This document shows, one piece after another, positions 45,401 to 58,400 of a stretch of DNA of 64,000 nt (its first letter is position 1; the number at the start of each line of letters is the position of its first letter). This stretch comes from Naegleria gruberi (lineage: Eukaryota), in the NCBI GenBank assembly GCA_000004985.1, contig GG738849.1. One strand, written 5' to 3'. The translations under genes were made by a program, and so were the position numbers. The notes under the pieces were generated by a model that did no database searches, had not been told where the DNA came from, and saw only the letters and a list, made by a program, of their open reading frames with translations.

Positions 45401-45893
45401 TAATTTTTCTGTTCCTTGGTGTTTTGAAAACTTTATCCAATCCAGATCAATGAAAAGAGCTCAGGATATTCGAAAACAATTATTAACAATTATGGACAGA
45501 TATAAATTGCCAGTCATTACATGTGGAAAGAACTTTACCAAGATTAGAAAGGCTATTGCCAGTGGATTTTTTGCCCATGCAGCCAAGAAAGATCCACAAG
45601 AAGGATACAAGACACTTGTTGAAAACCAACCTGTATATGTGCATCCAGGAAGTGCTCTATTCCACAAGAATCCTGAATGGGTTGTTTACCATACCTTACT
45701 ATTGACAACTAAGGAGTATATGCGTGATATTATTACCATTGAACCAAAGTGGTTGGTTGAATTGGCTCCAAACTTTTACCGAGTTCACGATGATGCTTAC
45801 CTTTCTAAGAGAAAGAGACAAGAAAAAATTGAACCACTTTATAACAAGTACGGCGATGATCCTCTCCAATTACTAAAGCGAACAAAGAGATAA
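42474..45893 (+). CDS. DHX8: Pre-mRNA-splicing factor ATP-dependent RNA helicase DHX8/Prp22 (1139 aa, single exon)
   Basis: The protein has an S1 domain (GFFARLEE...VWVKV) and a DEAH-box core: [34 protein letters not shown] and [10 protein letters not shown]2 and OB-fold domains follow. Confidence 0.95.
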   Translation: MDRLLELQLVSKVCKELETHIGSGEKALAEFVIHLAREESKTAEDFYNKLIDNEAELPRDFVETLFAMIHRMSSKTSGKFTSAGKYSTTSLTKSEEKIENDKEVVTSSSTQINDRLHSLDKSIKEEMEEKIRKKIDSKKKFPGLCLPDKLPDQLESSKSQPSLSSSKSDSRSIPSQDDRNRKRREYTDKIEANQIYRARVSGLKNYGFFARLEETIDGVIVKGNKDGMCHISEISNEKKVSKVDDFVAKNDMVWVKVIVATDSRVSLSMKEVDQNTGKDLFPRRALARAGSSEDDEFYKSTNHSGISSSILDSRSDSRRPTKKMNPYEMWEQKQIAASGFGYSGPMIDPDDGPQSYEEVEEDVEIERSEKEPKFLENQTSKGGMTYSPVRLTQVRDGTLTRIAEKQLEYSQDRRDLKEEQRAKLQGEIQDFEADDPLFEYYRRVNESTDFSNKGMGSGAPDWKKSTITGVAQKSSAATIKQQRESLPVYSLRSELAASISNNQILIVIGETGSGKTTQITQYIAEEGINGGKIIACTQPRRVAAISVARRVAEEFGCRVGQEVGYTIRFEDCTSPDTAIKYMTDGMLLREALLDPLLEKYSVIMLDEAHERNLHTDVLFGLLKKLTQKRKDLKLIVTSATLDAEKFSTYFFTCPIFTIPGRTFPVEILYTKEPEEDYLDATLITVMQIHLTEPAGDILVFLTGQEEIDTACQILYERMKALGSDVPELVILPIYAALPSEMQSKIFDPAPPGGRKVVIATNIAETSITIDGILYVVDPGFVKQNIYNSKTGMDQLTVVPISQAAARQRAGRAGRTGPGKCYRLYTEEAYKNEMLPNTVPEIQRTNLANTVLTLKAMGINDLLNFDFMDPPPPQALIAAMEQLYSLGALDDDGLLTKMGRKMAEFPLEPQMAKTLIASVDLKCSDEVLTIVSMISVQGIFYRPKEKQQQADQKKSRFFQPEGDHLTLLAVYQSWERSNFSVPWCFENFIQSRSMKRAQDIRKQLLTIMDRYKLPVITCGKNFTKIRKAIASGFFAHAAKKDPQEGYKTLVENQPVYVHPGSALFHKNPEWVVYHTLLLTTKEYMRDIITIEPKWLVELAPNFYRVHDDAYLSKRKRQEKIEPLYNKYGDDPLQLLKRTKR

Positions 45894-46002
45894 TAAAAAC
45901 AATCTTTGGATTTATTTAACTTACATTATTGAGCTCAATGCTTTTTTTTGAGTTTAGGTTTCACTGTGATAATCCCTTTGCCAAAATTGAGAGTGAAACA
46001 CA

Positions 46003-48327
46003 TTAGAGAATGTTGCAAGAAGATGCCTTTTCAGATTCAGTTGGTGGGACTCCACTACTCCTGCGTACTCTCTTTGGATTGTTATTTTGGGAAGGTGAGG
46101 TGTTTGCTGCATTTCGTGATGGTGTGGTTTGTTCTTCAACTTCTTCATTCTTACGCTTTTTAGAGTTTTCATCTTCCATTGCCAAAGGCACTAGAGAAGC
46201 AAGTTGTGAAATAGTTGGAAGTATTTTTCCTTGTTGTGCTTGGGCATAGGTCATAATGGTCACACCCTTTTCGAAAGCTAAAGTTTTCATTCCTTCATTA
46301 TGGCATTCCATTTGATTCATGACATCTCTGTTACATGATAAAACTGATGCCTTGTTTGAAAGCTTGACCCAACAATACTTGGCATTTATCCAAAAAATCT
46401 TAATCATACCGTACCTTGAGAACGCATCCTTAATATGTTCATTAGTAATTTCCTGTGTGAGATTAGTTAAGAGGAAGACATCAGATCTATCTTCAGATGG
46501 GTTAGTCTTTAAAAGTTTCAAATTCAAATCACAATTATGGATATTAATAATGTTTGTCATTTCCTTGATGTGAGTCAAATCGGCAATTCCTTTAAAATTC
46601 TTATTATTTCTGTTTGTTGCAATCATGTGGCTAATTCTGTAAAATACATAACCAGTCATGAAAGCATCAAATGCAGCAACGTGATCGAAATCCTTGATGG
46701 AAGAATAAAACTCTGTGAAGTTTTCAAAAACTGGACCATCTGTGTTGTTATTATTGAGTGTATATTCAAAAGCGGTTCTCAGAGAGGTGTCTCTGCCAAG
46801 AGCTGAAGAAATTTGAGGATAAGTCTCACAGATATATTTGGTATCTATTACACTGTTAAAATGGTTTGAATAATTGTATTATTGGGTATTTTGTAAATTT
46901 TGTTATAAAAACTTACTGTTCAAAATTCTCTCTAACAATAGTCTTGAATTGTTCTGAAGACTCTGGAAGTGGTTGTATAAATTTGTGAACAATGTGCATC
47001 ATATCCAGCATGGCATTATGGCCAATAAAGAATAAGTGTTTGTGTTTTTTCAATTCTCTGATAATTCTTGAAAATCCAATATCTCTATTTACAGCCTCTC
47101 TGATTTCTCTTTGCATCTTTTCTTCTTCACTTTCTCCACTAGCTCTCTGTACTCGAATAAATGCTGTTCTATTGTTGGCGTAAATAGTTGTAAGGGTAAT
47201 CCTATTTTCATAACTATATAAATTATTGTCACCGAGTTAAAAATTGCAATTAACATACATTTCTCCAAATTCTTGGAAGAGCAACTTTCTTTCAAAAGTA
47301 TTGCAAGGATCCAAGTTAATATCATCATCTTCTGAATTATCAAACCATTCAGCAACTCTACTTTTACAATTTTCCAAAAATTCACGTTGTTCTGGTTTTA
47401 AATTTTCAACTTGAATCTTATCTCCACGATCAGACTTTCTTCTATTGGTAGCAGAAGCAGCCTTTTGCTTGGTAATTCTTGTGACATTTTCTCTGATGGC
47501 TTCTTCTTCATCCTCATTCATATAACTGATACCTTGACCGATTACCTTATTGATATCCATCTTGTTATTGACTAAAAATTGAAGACAAGTGTTTTGACAT
47601 GAAAATACATTTGCTGAACGAGTTGGTGATTTGAAAACGTAGAAATTATATGGCTTAGCTGTGACTGTAGTAGTGGTCTTTTTGTTCATTGATGATTTTA
47701 TAAGTCTTCTTAATCTCTCTGCTTGGTCAATAATTTCGTCATCTTGCATAGAGTCGGTAGCTGGTTGTTCTTCTACAACATCCTTAACAAACCACAAACA
47801 GAGACCAACTTGAATAACTTCAAATGCTTTAACACTATCTTTCAATTTAAGATATCTATCCTCAATAGTATCAATGTACATTAATTTATGTTCCTCACTG
47901 AAAAAGATCAATATTAAAGATTATAATAAACATACTCTACTTCTAATCCGGTCATTTCAAGATCAAAACTGATAAATGCAGTGGTAGGAAGAAGTTCTTG
48001 AATTTCTTGAAACTTTTCATCGAAATTTAATCTAGTAACATCAATGATTGATGATGATGGTTTTTTAACAGGTTGCTCCTTTCTCAAGTTTGTTGCCCTT
48101 TCCAAGGCAATTTTGTTAGCAATATCTTCAACTTCCTTTTTAATTTGTTCCGAAGTTTTACTTGATGAATTATTTTGTATTGTTTCCGTTTCATTATTTG
48201 TAGTAGTAGTGGTTGTATTAGCAATTGTTGTTGTGCCATTCATTGGTTCAGAAACCATTGTTGCTGATGTTTCCAAATTTATTGCTGTTGTTGCACTCTG
48301 ATCAGGGAGATGTGCTGTATTCTCCAT
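46003..48327 (-). CDS. PARN: Poly(A)-specific ribonuclease PARN with N-terminal extension, 4 exons (about 725 aa)
   Basis: Exons are 48327..47936, 47897..47259, 47213..46917 and 46852..46003, with introns of 38, 45 and 64 nt. The CAF1/DEDD nuclease motifs are FISFDLEMTGL...GFSRIIREL...FIGHNAMLDMMH...FDHVAAFDAFMTGYVF. A C-terminal RRM-like domain follows (DAFSRYGMIKIFWINAKYCWVKL). Confidence 0.8.
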
Positions 48328-48761
48328 GAATGGTTGCTTCCTCTGTTGCTACCACTGTTTGTTCTAATTCTGAAGGGAGTGCTTCCTGCTTTTCAGTAGG
48401 GGTGTTGGCAACAACTTGAATAAAATCAACGTTGAGAGGGAGAGGTTCACCTCCATTATTATTATCACTCATTTTTTCAAAATAAATTTATTATCAAAGC
48501 CAATAGTTACTTGTTATATGATTCTTCATCAAATAATTGCACCATCGGATTAGATTGATAAATTGTTTGATCAATTAGCTATGAACTATTTGATGAAAAG
48601 AACAATCTTGCAATAAAAGAAATGATGAAAATAATTTTATTGTTGTGCTTCAACTTGTTTTTTGATAAGAGAATAAAAAATAATTTGCATTTTCGTTCAA
48701 CAAAAAAAAACCTTTGTGCATCAACAACATTCTTTTGTGTCTTCATTATTAAAACAAGAAA

Positions 48762-50698
48762 ATGAATCACAAGAGACTTTTGAAGGAAATTGAAACTAAA
48801 AAGAAGATTACCGATGTTAAATTCTTCAAGGATGATGATAAAAACGAGAAGGAGAAGAAAGTCTTTTCAAGTAGTAACATGAACATTGCCTCCAAGAATT
48901 ATGGTGTGCTTGTTTATGATTTGGAAGGTAAAAAATCACTTTCGGAAATTATTCAAAACTCCAAGTTGAAGGCAAAATATAACATGGATGCCAAGAATTA
49001 CTTTAACTTGATTGATGACTTGGAATTCCCAACTGCTTGTAATAATATTTGTTTAGCAGCTGATGAAAACCATTTGTGGACATCAGGTATCTACAAGCCA
49101 CAACTCCGTTGTTTTACTCTTGATGATTTGTCAATGAAATTCAAGAGACACGTAGATCTTGAAATTATTAAAATTTGTCCACTCACTTCAGATTTTAGAA
49201 AATTGGCAACTCTTTGTCAAGATAGATATATTGAAATTCATGCTCAATGGGGTAGTTACTATAGATTCAGAATTCCAAAATATGGTAGAGATTTAGTTTA
49301 TCATGACCATAGTGCAGAATTGGTTATGGTTGGCTCATCTAATGAAATTTATAGATTCAATCTTGAACAAGGCATGTTTAGAAAACCAACATTAAGTTAT
49401 ACAAATACAGAAGCTATCAATACTGTAAGAATTAACCCAGTTCACCAACTTTTTGGACTTGGGTGTGATAATGGATTTGTGGAATGTATGGATCCAAGAT
49501 CAAAGAGAATTATTGGATGTATTGATGCTTGTGGATCAATTAACACTATGCTACCATCAGAAGTATCTTCATCTTCAATAACAGCTTTCGAATTTGATAA
49601 TGATGGTATTGGATTTGCAGTTGGTACAAATGCTGGTAAAGTTGGATTATTCGATTTGAGAAAACAAGGTGCTGTCTATATTAAGGACCATAACACTGAT
49701 TTACCACTTGTTAAAATTGCTTATCATGATTCATCAAAGAATATCTTCTCTGCAGATACTCAACTTGTCAAGATTTGGGATAAATCAAATGGCAATAACT
49801 ATACAAACTTGGAATTATCGGCAAAGATTAATGATTTCTGTATAATTCCAAACAGTGGTATGATTCTTGTTGGTGGTGAAAGATCAAAGATAAAACCATA
49901 CTATATTCCAAGTTTGGGACCTGCTCCAAAGTGGTGCTCATTTGTGGATCAAATCACAGAAGAACTCGAAGATTTCAAGAAGAATACTGTTTACCAAGAC
50001 TTTAAATTCCTTACAATGGAAGAAATTCAAGAGTATGTATTTTATGAATTTTTCAATTACTTAATAATTATAGTCTTGGATTGGAAGATTTATTCGGAAC
50101 AGATCTTTTACGACCATACATGCACGGTTTCTTCATCAAGATGTCCCTCTATAGAAAGGCTCTCGAATTTAACAATCAAAAGCCAACTGAACCACAAATT
50201 GATCTTGAAAAGATTGAAAAGGAATCTGAAGACAGACTCAAGGAAGAACGTATTAAGAATCTTGTTGATTTCATTACATCTGAAGAAGGTGGTGAGGAAG
50301 TTCCAAAGAAAAAGAAGAAGGGTGCTATTTCTTCTGTCAATGACGAAAGATTTACAGAAATGCTCAATGATCCAGACTTTAAAGTGGATACTAAAGAAAA
50401 ACAAAAGAAGTTGGATGAAAGAAAGTTAAAGAGAAAGGAAAAGGTTGAAAACACTAGGCATAAGGATGATGAGTATGATGATATTGGAATTTATGGTATT
50501 GAGTCAACTCAATCACTCAATTATGACAATAGCAATATTTTAGATTTTGGTGCAAAGAGTAAGGAAGAAAGAGGAATGACATTTGAAAAGCGATTAGGAC
50601 GAAAGAATGATAAACACAACAGTGAAGATCCAGCCTCAAAGAAAAGAAAGAGAGTTAGAGGTGAAAACAAGAAAGCCAAACATGTAAAAAAGTATTAA
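48762..50698 (+). CDS. NOL10: Nucleolar protein 10 (NOL10/Enp2) with NUC153 domain, 2 exons (about 631 aa)
   Basis: Exon 1 is 48762..50032 with donor GA|GTATGT, then a 41-nt intron, then exon 2 at 50074..50698. WD-repeat N-terminal region. The NUC153 segment reads LGLEDLFGTDLLRPYMHGFFI. The tail is basic (K/E-rich). Confidence 0.8.
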
Positions 50699-51329
50699 AA
50701 ATTTTGTTTACTATTGAGGATTTCTTCTAAATGTGGTTATTTACACCACGATTATCAATTTGTAAATATTTGAGATTTAGAGATCATTTTGTTGAGTTGA
50801 TAAAATTTATGATATATGGGAAACAAGACATTCATCAAGGATTCAATATTGGGCTGTGCAACTTGTTGAAGAGCTGCATATTTGATCTTCTACATTGCTG
50901 AGATTAACTAATTGAAGTGAGATTAAAAAGCACATAATAATCCAATCAATCACAAGTTCAAAGAGCAACCCTTTCTCACTGAATCAATCATCATTCTTTC
51001 ACAATCATACCCAACAAAATAATAATCGAGAATCAAGTCATTTTGGCAGCAAAGACACATTTACTTCTACTCTTGCTAATTTTGGATCGGTTTTCATTTA
51101 AAAAAAATTGCCTTCAACTCCTCTCATCAAAACATCTAAGAAAACTACGAATCCATCAGCAAATAGCACACGAGGCATCATTCATGATACTGTAGCACAG
51201 AAAAGCACGTAGTAGTACTAACACACAACAAAAGAATTGATTGACTATTTTAAAATCCAATACTCACACACCCTCATCAATTCTTCTCTTTAAAACAACA
51301 ACACTCTTTGATTCCGAAGCAGACATAAA

Positions 51330-53315
51330 ATGATGAATCGCACTACCAGTAGTGGAACTATTAATATTCCAATGATGATGATGAACAATAATACCGCTAA
51401 TAGTAGTATGAATAGTTTGGTGGAGAACACCTTCCACTCACCTCCAACAATGATGATGATGGGTGGTCTACCAACAACAGCAAATACCACAACTCCTTCT
51501 TCGCTGAGTAGTAATAATAGTGGTGGTAGTCTGAACAATTCAGTTCCAATACCCATTCCTTCTTCTTCTTCAACTCTTACCTTTAAACGAAAAACCTCTA
51601 ACGCCAAGTACAAGCCTGCCAATCTGAGTATTTCCTCTGTTCGAGATAGTAAGGCTTCAAAGCCTACAAAACAATTCGAAATACCACAAGAATTCTACAT
51701 GTACAATCATGCCTCCTCCGTTCCAAATCAAGGCTACATTTCGTCAGTTGATGAAAGTAATACTATGGCATCCCCTTCTCCTCACTCCTCTTCTCTCATC
51801 ACAAGCGCCCACTATCATAATAGAAGTAGTAGCCTTCAACCACAACAACCATCAAGTAGTATCAATAACTTGTTCCAAAAATCCACTCACCATCACCACC
51901 ATGGAATGGGTCAACGTCAACATACTCCATTTTCCCCGCCTTCAACTTCATCTGCCATGATGATTAATAGAAGTAGCGTATCATCAGTATCTTCTTCCTT
52001 TTCCAATTCCTCATATAATCCAATTGCCCATTCTCACTCATCAGCTGCCCATCATCACAGTAGCTCATTTGTACAAAATTCCCTTGGCCATCAATATAGT
52101 TCTGGCTATTTTAATCCTCACAGTTATGACAATAATTCCATGTGTTATTCTCTGAGCAGTAGTGTGGAGTCTAATTGTTCCTATGCTAGTCATTGTATCA
52201 GTCCTAATACCGGTTCTTTATTGTTATACGATAAATTGAATAGAAAATTCCGTAAAATTAGAGCACTTGGAGAAGGATCATCAAGTACTGTTTCTCTAGT
52301 TCAACAAGAATCCACTGGTCTCTATTTTGCAGAGAAAGTAATTGAACATTATGAAGAAAGAGAGGCCATTGTTAAGAACGAGGTCAAGTATCTTTCAATA
52401 TGCAAACCTTGTTCAAATGTAGTGACATTATTCGATTGTTTCCAAAAAGGAGATTCTATTCATCTCATTCTTGAATATATGGAAGGCAACTCTTTGGATA
52501 TTATTGCTAAACAATATAGCAAACTTTCCAAGACACAGAGGAAATCCTTAGAAGAGGAAACAGAAACTAATTCATCCCATCTTTCACCAATGGCCTTTGA
52601 TGAAGATTCAGAATTAATGACTTATGATGATGACTTGGATGATTTGAATACAGATGAGGAAATGTTCCCAATGGATACGAAATCATCAGCAAAGCCAGAA
52701 AAAAAGAAGAGTACCAGAAGAAAGCTGTTCGACGATGACGAAGAATCAGATAGTGCCAAAAATCAAAGAGATAATAAGGGTCTACCTGAGGAAATGCTTG
52801 CCTTGATGGTTGTGCAAATCACCAGAGCGTTATGCTTTTTAATGGATCACAATATTATTCACTCTGATATCAAACCAAGCAATATTCTTCTTAACAGAAG
52901 AGGAGAAGTCAAATTGACTGACTTTGGTTTGTCTACTTGTACAGAGGTTTCTCAAAATAGACTTGGCTCATTTGCTTATATGAGTCCAGAAAAGTTGCAA
53001 CACGGTAAACATAGCCACAAATCAGACATTTATTCATTGGGAGTCTCAATTTTGGAATTATCCAAATTCAAATTCCCCTTCTCTGAGAGTGGATTCCACA
53101 TGAATGAAATTCAGCATCTAGATGTAGAAAAATTTGTTGGAAATACTCACTCTCATGAATTTAAAGATTTCATTAGACAATGCATACAAATAGAACCAAA
53201 TGTAAGATTATGTGCTCATGAATTATTACAACATGACTGGTTGAGAAATTATGCAAACATGGACAATGACTTGATATGTTCAAAAATATCTAAATGGTAT
53301 AATAAATTGTCTTAG
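51330..53315 (+). CDS. Ser/Thr protein kinase, MAP2K/STE7-like, with low-complexity N-terminus and kinase insert (661 aa)
   Basis: The glycine loop is LGEGSSSTV and the catalytic loop is HSDIKPSNILLN. The protein also has VKLTDFGLS and an SPE motif. An acidic insert of about 100 aa sits between subdomains V and VI. Confidence 0.75.
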   Translation: MMNRTTSSGTINIPMMMMNNNTANSSMNSLVENTFHSPPTMMMMGGLPTTANTTTPSSLSSNNSGGSLNNSVPIPIPSSSSTLTFKRKTSNAKYKPANLSISSVRDSKASKPTKQFEIPQEFYMYNHASSVPNQGYISSVDESNTMASPSPHSSSLITSAHYHNRSSSLQPQQPSSSINNLFQKSTHHHHHGMGQRQHTPFSPPSTSSAMMINRSSVSSVSSSFSNSSYNPIAHSHSSAAHHHSSSFVQNSLGHQYSSGYFNPHSYDNNSMCYSLSSSVESNCSYASHCISPNTGSLLLYDKLNRKFRKIRALGEGSSSTVSLVQQESTGLYFAEKVIEHYEEREAIVKNEVKYLSICKPCSNVVTLFDCFQKGDSIHLILEYMEGNSLDIIAKQYSKLSKTQRKSLEEETETNSSHLSPMAFDEDSELMTYDDDLDDLNTDEEMFPMDTKSSAKPEKKKSTRRKLFDDDEESDSAKNQRDNKGLPEEMLALMVVQITRALCFLMDHNIIHSDIKPSNILLNRRGEVKLTDFGLSTCTEVSQNRLGSFAYMSPEKLQHGKHSHKSDIYSLGVSILELSKFKFPFSESGFHMNEIQHLDVEKFVGNTHSHEFKDFIRQCIQIEPNVRLCAHELLQHDWLRNYANMDNDLICSKISKWYNKLS

Positions 53316-53406
53316 TAAATTTACTTCTGAGCACATTACCAAAGCAAATAATACCAATTTTGATTGGCTTGGAGATTTTCCAAAAATATTTATTCAAATG
53401 TTTGGA

Positions 53407-55026
53407 TTACTCATCACTTGACCTTATCCATTTGACTAGCTTTTTCTCTTGAGCTGAATAGTACTTGATAAGTTTGATTCGTTTGCAGTGTTTGATAATT
53501 TGATTCTCTAATTGTACTGTATTTAATGGAACTCGAATATCAAAAACATCCAATTCTTCCAGTGTATTGTTTTTAACAGTCATGTTTCCATCAAAACAAC
53601 CATTGGAAAGATTCAATCTTTTCAAATATTTGAAATTCTCAATATCCTTCGCTAATAATTTACAAAGAGATGGTTCTATTAGGGAACGATTACCACTCAA
53701 ATCTAAAATTCTAAGGTTAGGGAAAATGAAATTCCATGAGCAGTGCAACAGTTCATTATCAGCTAAACTCAACTCTCGCAGTGAGGCATAGCATGGTGAT
53801 GAAGATTGACCAGATTTGTGCATTTGAATGAACATTGCTCTCAATTGAAAGTACAATTCTCTCACACTCTCTTGAGATAATTGGCAATCAATTAGCTTAA
53901 ATGACTTTAGGTGATTATTAAACCTAAAAAAAGGAATTACAACAAAATTAATATAATAGTTAGCTTGGTTAGAACAATTTGAAAATGTTACAGATTCCAA
54001 GTATGGAATGTAGAAAAAGTTTCTGACATTGTAAAATTGAATGGAAAATCTCTTTCTTGATGATTCATCAACCAGCTCGTCCTGCTCTTCATTTTCCAAT
54101 ATTTTCTTTCGGACTTGAATGGCAATTTGTGATGAACCTAAGGATTTTGACCTTCTTCTTATCGATTGTTCTGATGATATATTATTGAGCGATGAAGATC
54201 GACTCAAACTCGAATTAATGGTATGTACACAATTTCGCAAGTGTCTCGGTAAATTGGAGTGAATTGAAATGAGATTAGTTCTCTTCTCGAAGGATTCTAA
54301 CATTATTTCACTATCATTCTTATTTGCAAGAAATTTTTCAAATGAATGTGGACTAGAGGTTAGTAAATTGAGAAAGTCGTCGTCATTTGACATTTTCGAT
54401 CTTCTCATAGATGACCTTGGTGATTGTAAGGTCATTTCAGAATCATTTTTAGCAAATGAATCAAATCTATAAAAGGAATTATATAAATTTAACATTTGGT
54501 CAAATCCAATAAATTTTAAATGAGAATAAAAATCGAATAAAAATACACGTTGGTTTCTTTCCTTTTCGAATACTCCAAATAATTTAGATATTAAATTATT
54601 AATATTAAAGGGTATAGTCTTCGTAAGGGAATTTGAATTTGTTCGTTTGTGAATTGATTTTCTCATATTCCTGTCGAGTTGTCCATTTTCAATATCTCCA
54701 TTAAAATTATCAACTCGAAAATCATGTTGCTGCTGTGAATTATCCTTAGCCATAACATCATATAACAACATTTTTTCATACAAGTCACTATAATGAGCCG
54801 TTTCTATCAACTTTTTCGAATAGAATATAATTTCTGGAAATTTAATAAATGAAAGAATGGTCAATATTATATCAAATGGAAGCTTTCTAAAATCATCAAA
54901 ATCAATATCATATTCACTATATAATTTGTTATATATTGTTATCATATGATGAGTCGGAGCAATAAATTGACCATGTTCAAAGTAATAGATGTGCTGCATT
55001 TTTTTTAGAGTTGGATTTTGGCGCAT
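53407..55026 (-). CDS. F-box / LRR protein (539 aa)
   Basis: The start is an ATG. The N-terminal F-box-like segment is LPFDIILTILSFIKF. C-terminal leucine-rich repeats include LRELSLADNELL and LRILDLSGN. Confidence 0.5.
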   Translation of the reverse strand: MRQNPTLKKMQHIYYFEHGQFIAPTHHMITIYNKLYSEYDIDFDDFRKLPFDIILTILSFIKFPEIIFYSKKLIETAHYSDLYEKMLLYDVMAKDNSQQQHDFRVDNFNGDIENGQLDRNMRKSIHKRTNSNSLTKTIPFNINNLISKLFGVFEKERNQRVFLFDFYSHLKFIGFDQMLNLYNSFYRFDSFAKNDSEMTLQSPRSSMRRSKMSNDDDFLNLLTSSPHSFEKFLANKNDSEIMLESFEKRTNLISIHSNLPRHLRNCVHTINSSLSRSSSLNNISSEQSIRRRSKSLGSSQIAIQVRKKILENEEQDELVDESSRKRFSIQFYNVRNFFYIPYLESVTFSNCSNQANYYINFVVIPFFRFNNHLKSFKLIDCQLSQESVRELYFQLRAMFIQMHKSGQSSSPCYASLRELSLADNELLHCSWNFIFPNLRILDLSGNRSLIEPSLCKLLAKDIENFKYLKRLNLSNGCFDGNMTVKNNTLEELDVFDIRVPLNTVQLENQIIKHCKRIKLIKYYSAQEKKLVKWIRSSDE

Positions 55027-55452
55027 TCTTTCCTAGTCGCCAATGTTTCTTTATTCATCTTGCTATTTCCAATTGTAAGGTATGATAGATGAGTATTGAT
55101 TCGTTGCTGGATTGATTGTTTAAATGATGAACAGTTCTCTTTTGGAAGGTTACAAGAACTTGCACTATTGTATTTTTATTAATAAGAGAGATTATCAATC
55201 TTCAATTGAATGAAATTGTAGATTCAGGAAAGCAATTTACTATTCCTTTTTTTTCACGTTTCCTTATGTACCTCATGTTTAACAGTTTCTAAATATAATT
55301 CACAAGATATTGATTCTAATTCCTCTCCAATCACACATTAAAAAAAATTAATAACACGTGTGTTGATCATCTATTTATCGGAGGACACACATTCATCATC
55401 ATCACGTTTTTTAATATATTGGAGTAGTAGTAATATTAAACAAAATATTTAG

Positions 55453-58400
55453 ATGGAAGGTGTGAGAGAGATTGAAGATGATATTTCATCATCATCGTCA
55501 TCTGTTGCAGAATTAGTTACGGATTTTCAATCAATTGGTAAAAATTTAATTCAAGATCATCAACAGTATGATGGGACATCAGATAATTTTCTGATGAGTT
55601 ATTCACTCTCATTTAGGAATGACAACACAACACAGGATTTGGAGGCTAATCTAAATCCGAAACGAGATGAAAATGAAAATAATAATAACACAAAGTGGAC
55701 ACCAACGGATAGGCCAATAGGAGCACAAATAGGATATAATCTTGAAGATGATGAATATTTATTGGTTGATGTTGGAGATAAAGGTGATTTATATACGAGT
55801 CAAACATTTATCAACTCTTCAGTAGTGACAACACCTAGACATGTGGCTTATCCATCCGTAATTCCAGAAAGTTCTGAAGTATTTTTTGATATTCCACATT
55901 ACAGTACGGATACAGTCAAGTTGGATCTCGATATTTTGGGAAGTGGCTCGGATATTCAAATAAGCTCTGTAATTGATAATTCAAAGGAGTATAAAAGTAT
56001 TGGAAGTTATTTGTATCCTACCAATAGTACTACCCCAACAGTAGATTTAGTTCCCCTTCTTCAGTCTCAAATAGGATTGGGATATGTAAATAATTTATTA
56101 CTGACAGAAGCTGATGTGTTGGATTATTTGGGGAAGCATACCTTTAGTATGGATCATGAATTTTACATAATGTGCTATGAATATTATCAATCCTTTTCAG
56201 AGTTGACCAGACTGAGATCTGAAATGGACCACCTACTCACTGAACAAGAAAATATCGAAAGAAATTTATTTATTTTAAATGAACAACAGATAAAATCTCC
56301 CATGTGTGATTGTGGGGATGGATACCAAGTACATGGTTATGTAAAGGCACTCACTGCCACTTTGGATCACAAGCAAAAGAGTAACCTGATCAAAAATCAA
56401 GAAAATCTGAGGAATCTCTATCACGACAAGATTGTAGAGGTAAACATGTTGAACAGATATTTCCATCTTAAAGTTTCCCGATATATTGGAGATATTATTC
56501 AAAACGAACCTCTATTTAACAATTATCTGAGGTACGAGCTTTACACCTTGTCGGTAGAAGATATGATGCACAAGCAGAATTTAAGAGTAGAACAAGACAT
56601 TGCTGCGGTTGATAGACTTAAAGTTGTCATTCAAATACTACTCTATTTCGAGCAAGTATCATGTGAAATTACAACTCTTCATGTTCCTAAAGGATTCTCT
56701 CCTGTTTCTGTAACCATCAGTGGGGAAAATATAGAAAATTTTAGGAAGGAAATTAGGGATTGGGCTTATCTATCAATTGCCTCGCTATTGAGGGTCTCAA
56801 CAGTGGAAGATAATAGGTTTTTAATCTTTGAAATTCTTAAATGCAAACATATTGGAAGTTGGGGGCAAACTTTCCTTCAATTTCCAGGAGTAGATTCTGA
56901 TCAAGCAATTGATACATTTTTGGCATTCCTTTCCCTCTTCTTAACACCAACATTTATAACTGAGAATGAACTAGTTTTGTCAGAAGAAGATTACTTGTCA
57001 TTGTGGACACAAGTTCCTCTTTTTGAAAGTATGGAATACATACTTTCCAAGTGTACTGAGCAATTTGGACTCAACCAAAGCAACTCTACCTTCTCCTCAT
57101 TTTCACAAGCCTTCTCCTTAATTGATACAGTGTTGTACATTTTCTATCAGGCTTTGAGCAATTTCAACAAATCTTCTAATCACAAATCATTTACTAGAAT
57201 GCTCTCTCAGAATATGGCAAGGCTCGTTCAAATGGCTTCCAACTCGCTTGCACAAATAGAAGGGACAAGTCAAGAAGATGTTGAATATCTGTTCAATTCC
57301 TTCTATGTAAAGTGTTTCAAAGGTTTACTTTCATCCTCATCGAGCTTGTGGTCCTTCCTTTCTGAGCTACCATATGAAATTATTTCAGAGCCTTGTGCAT
57401 GCTCGATATTTTGGATTATGTTTCGTGATGAACCTGTGATTGATCTCAAAATAACTTATGATATTTTGAGAGATTTTGATTCATGGCTCAAATTGGTCAC
57501 TGAAGATAAGAGTTTGAGAAATAATTTTATCACACTCTTCCAAAAACCAGAGTGTAGTTATTTATTTCCTGTAATGTCAAGATTGGGCTGTTCTCATTCA
57601 TACGGTCTCGCTGCCATTATAGTTCACGAGCTATTCTTGATTGGTTTCATTAATGAAACTTCTAGAGATACCTATTTTAGAGATGCTACAAAGAATATTG
57701 TTTCAATATGTGAGATACATCCCCGATTGATATCATTACTGCTTGCACTTGTTGTTAAATACTTAAAGTTTGTAGGAAGGTATTCCCTTACCATGTTTAA
57801 ACAACTTGATTTAAAGACGTGGAAATTATCCAAAACAAAAGACTTACCGCTATTGGAAGAGTTAATTCTCAAACCACTCAACTCTACGGAACATGAGCTT
57901 GCCAGATTCATCATAGATCATTTGGCTTGGAATGATTCTACAAAAAACAAGAACTTGACATTGGATGTGCAGAAGGATATACTTTTATTGATGGCAAGAA
58001 CAGTCTCAACACACAAGAAGGATTCACAATATTCCTTCGTTAAAAAGGATCCATGGATTGGTCTCGAGGAATGGTGTTGGTCTGTTGCTCAGAGGGTTAA
58101 AATCTATGACTCTGTCCAAACACCACTCATTCCTATTGAGTCGATTGAACATCCCTCTCTCAATGGACTTTTACATACGATTGAACTATCTGTGAAAAGT
58201 GGCTCAATAGATGGAGTTAGTATATATGCTGTTTTGGCCTTGAGTGATGTAGGCAACAATTTGGAAAAGTATAATGAATATTCATCTGGTTGGTTTGAAG
58301 CTATTGTTAACAACAAGACACAAGAAAGAGCAATCAGACTAATGTATGAAATCAGCATGAGGTTTTGTGAACAAGTCAAGTCTCAAAGCTCAGGAGTTCG

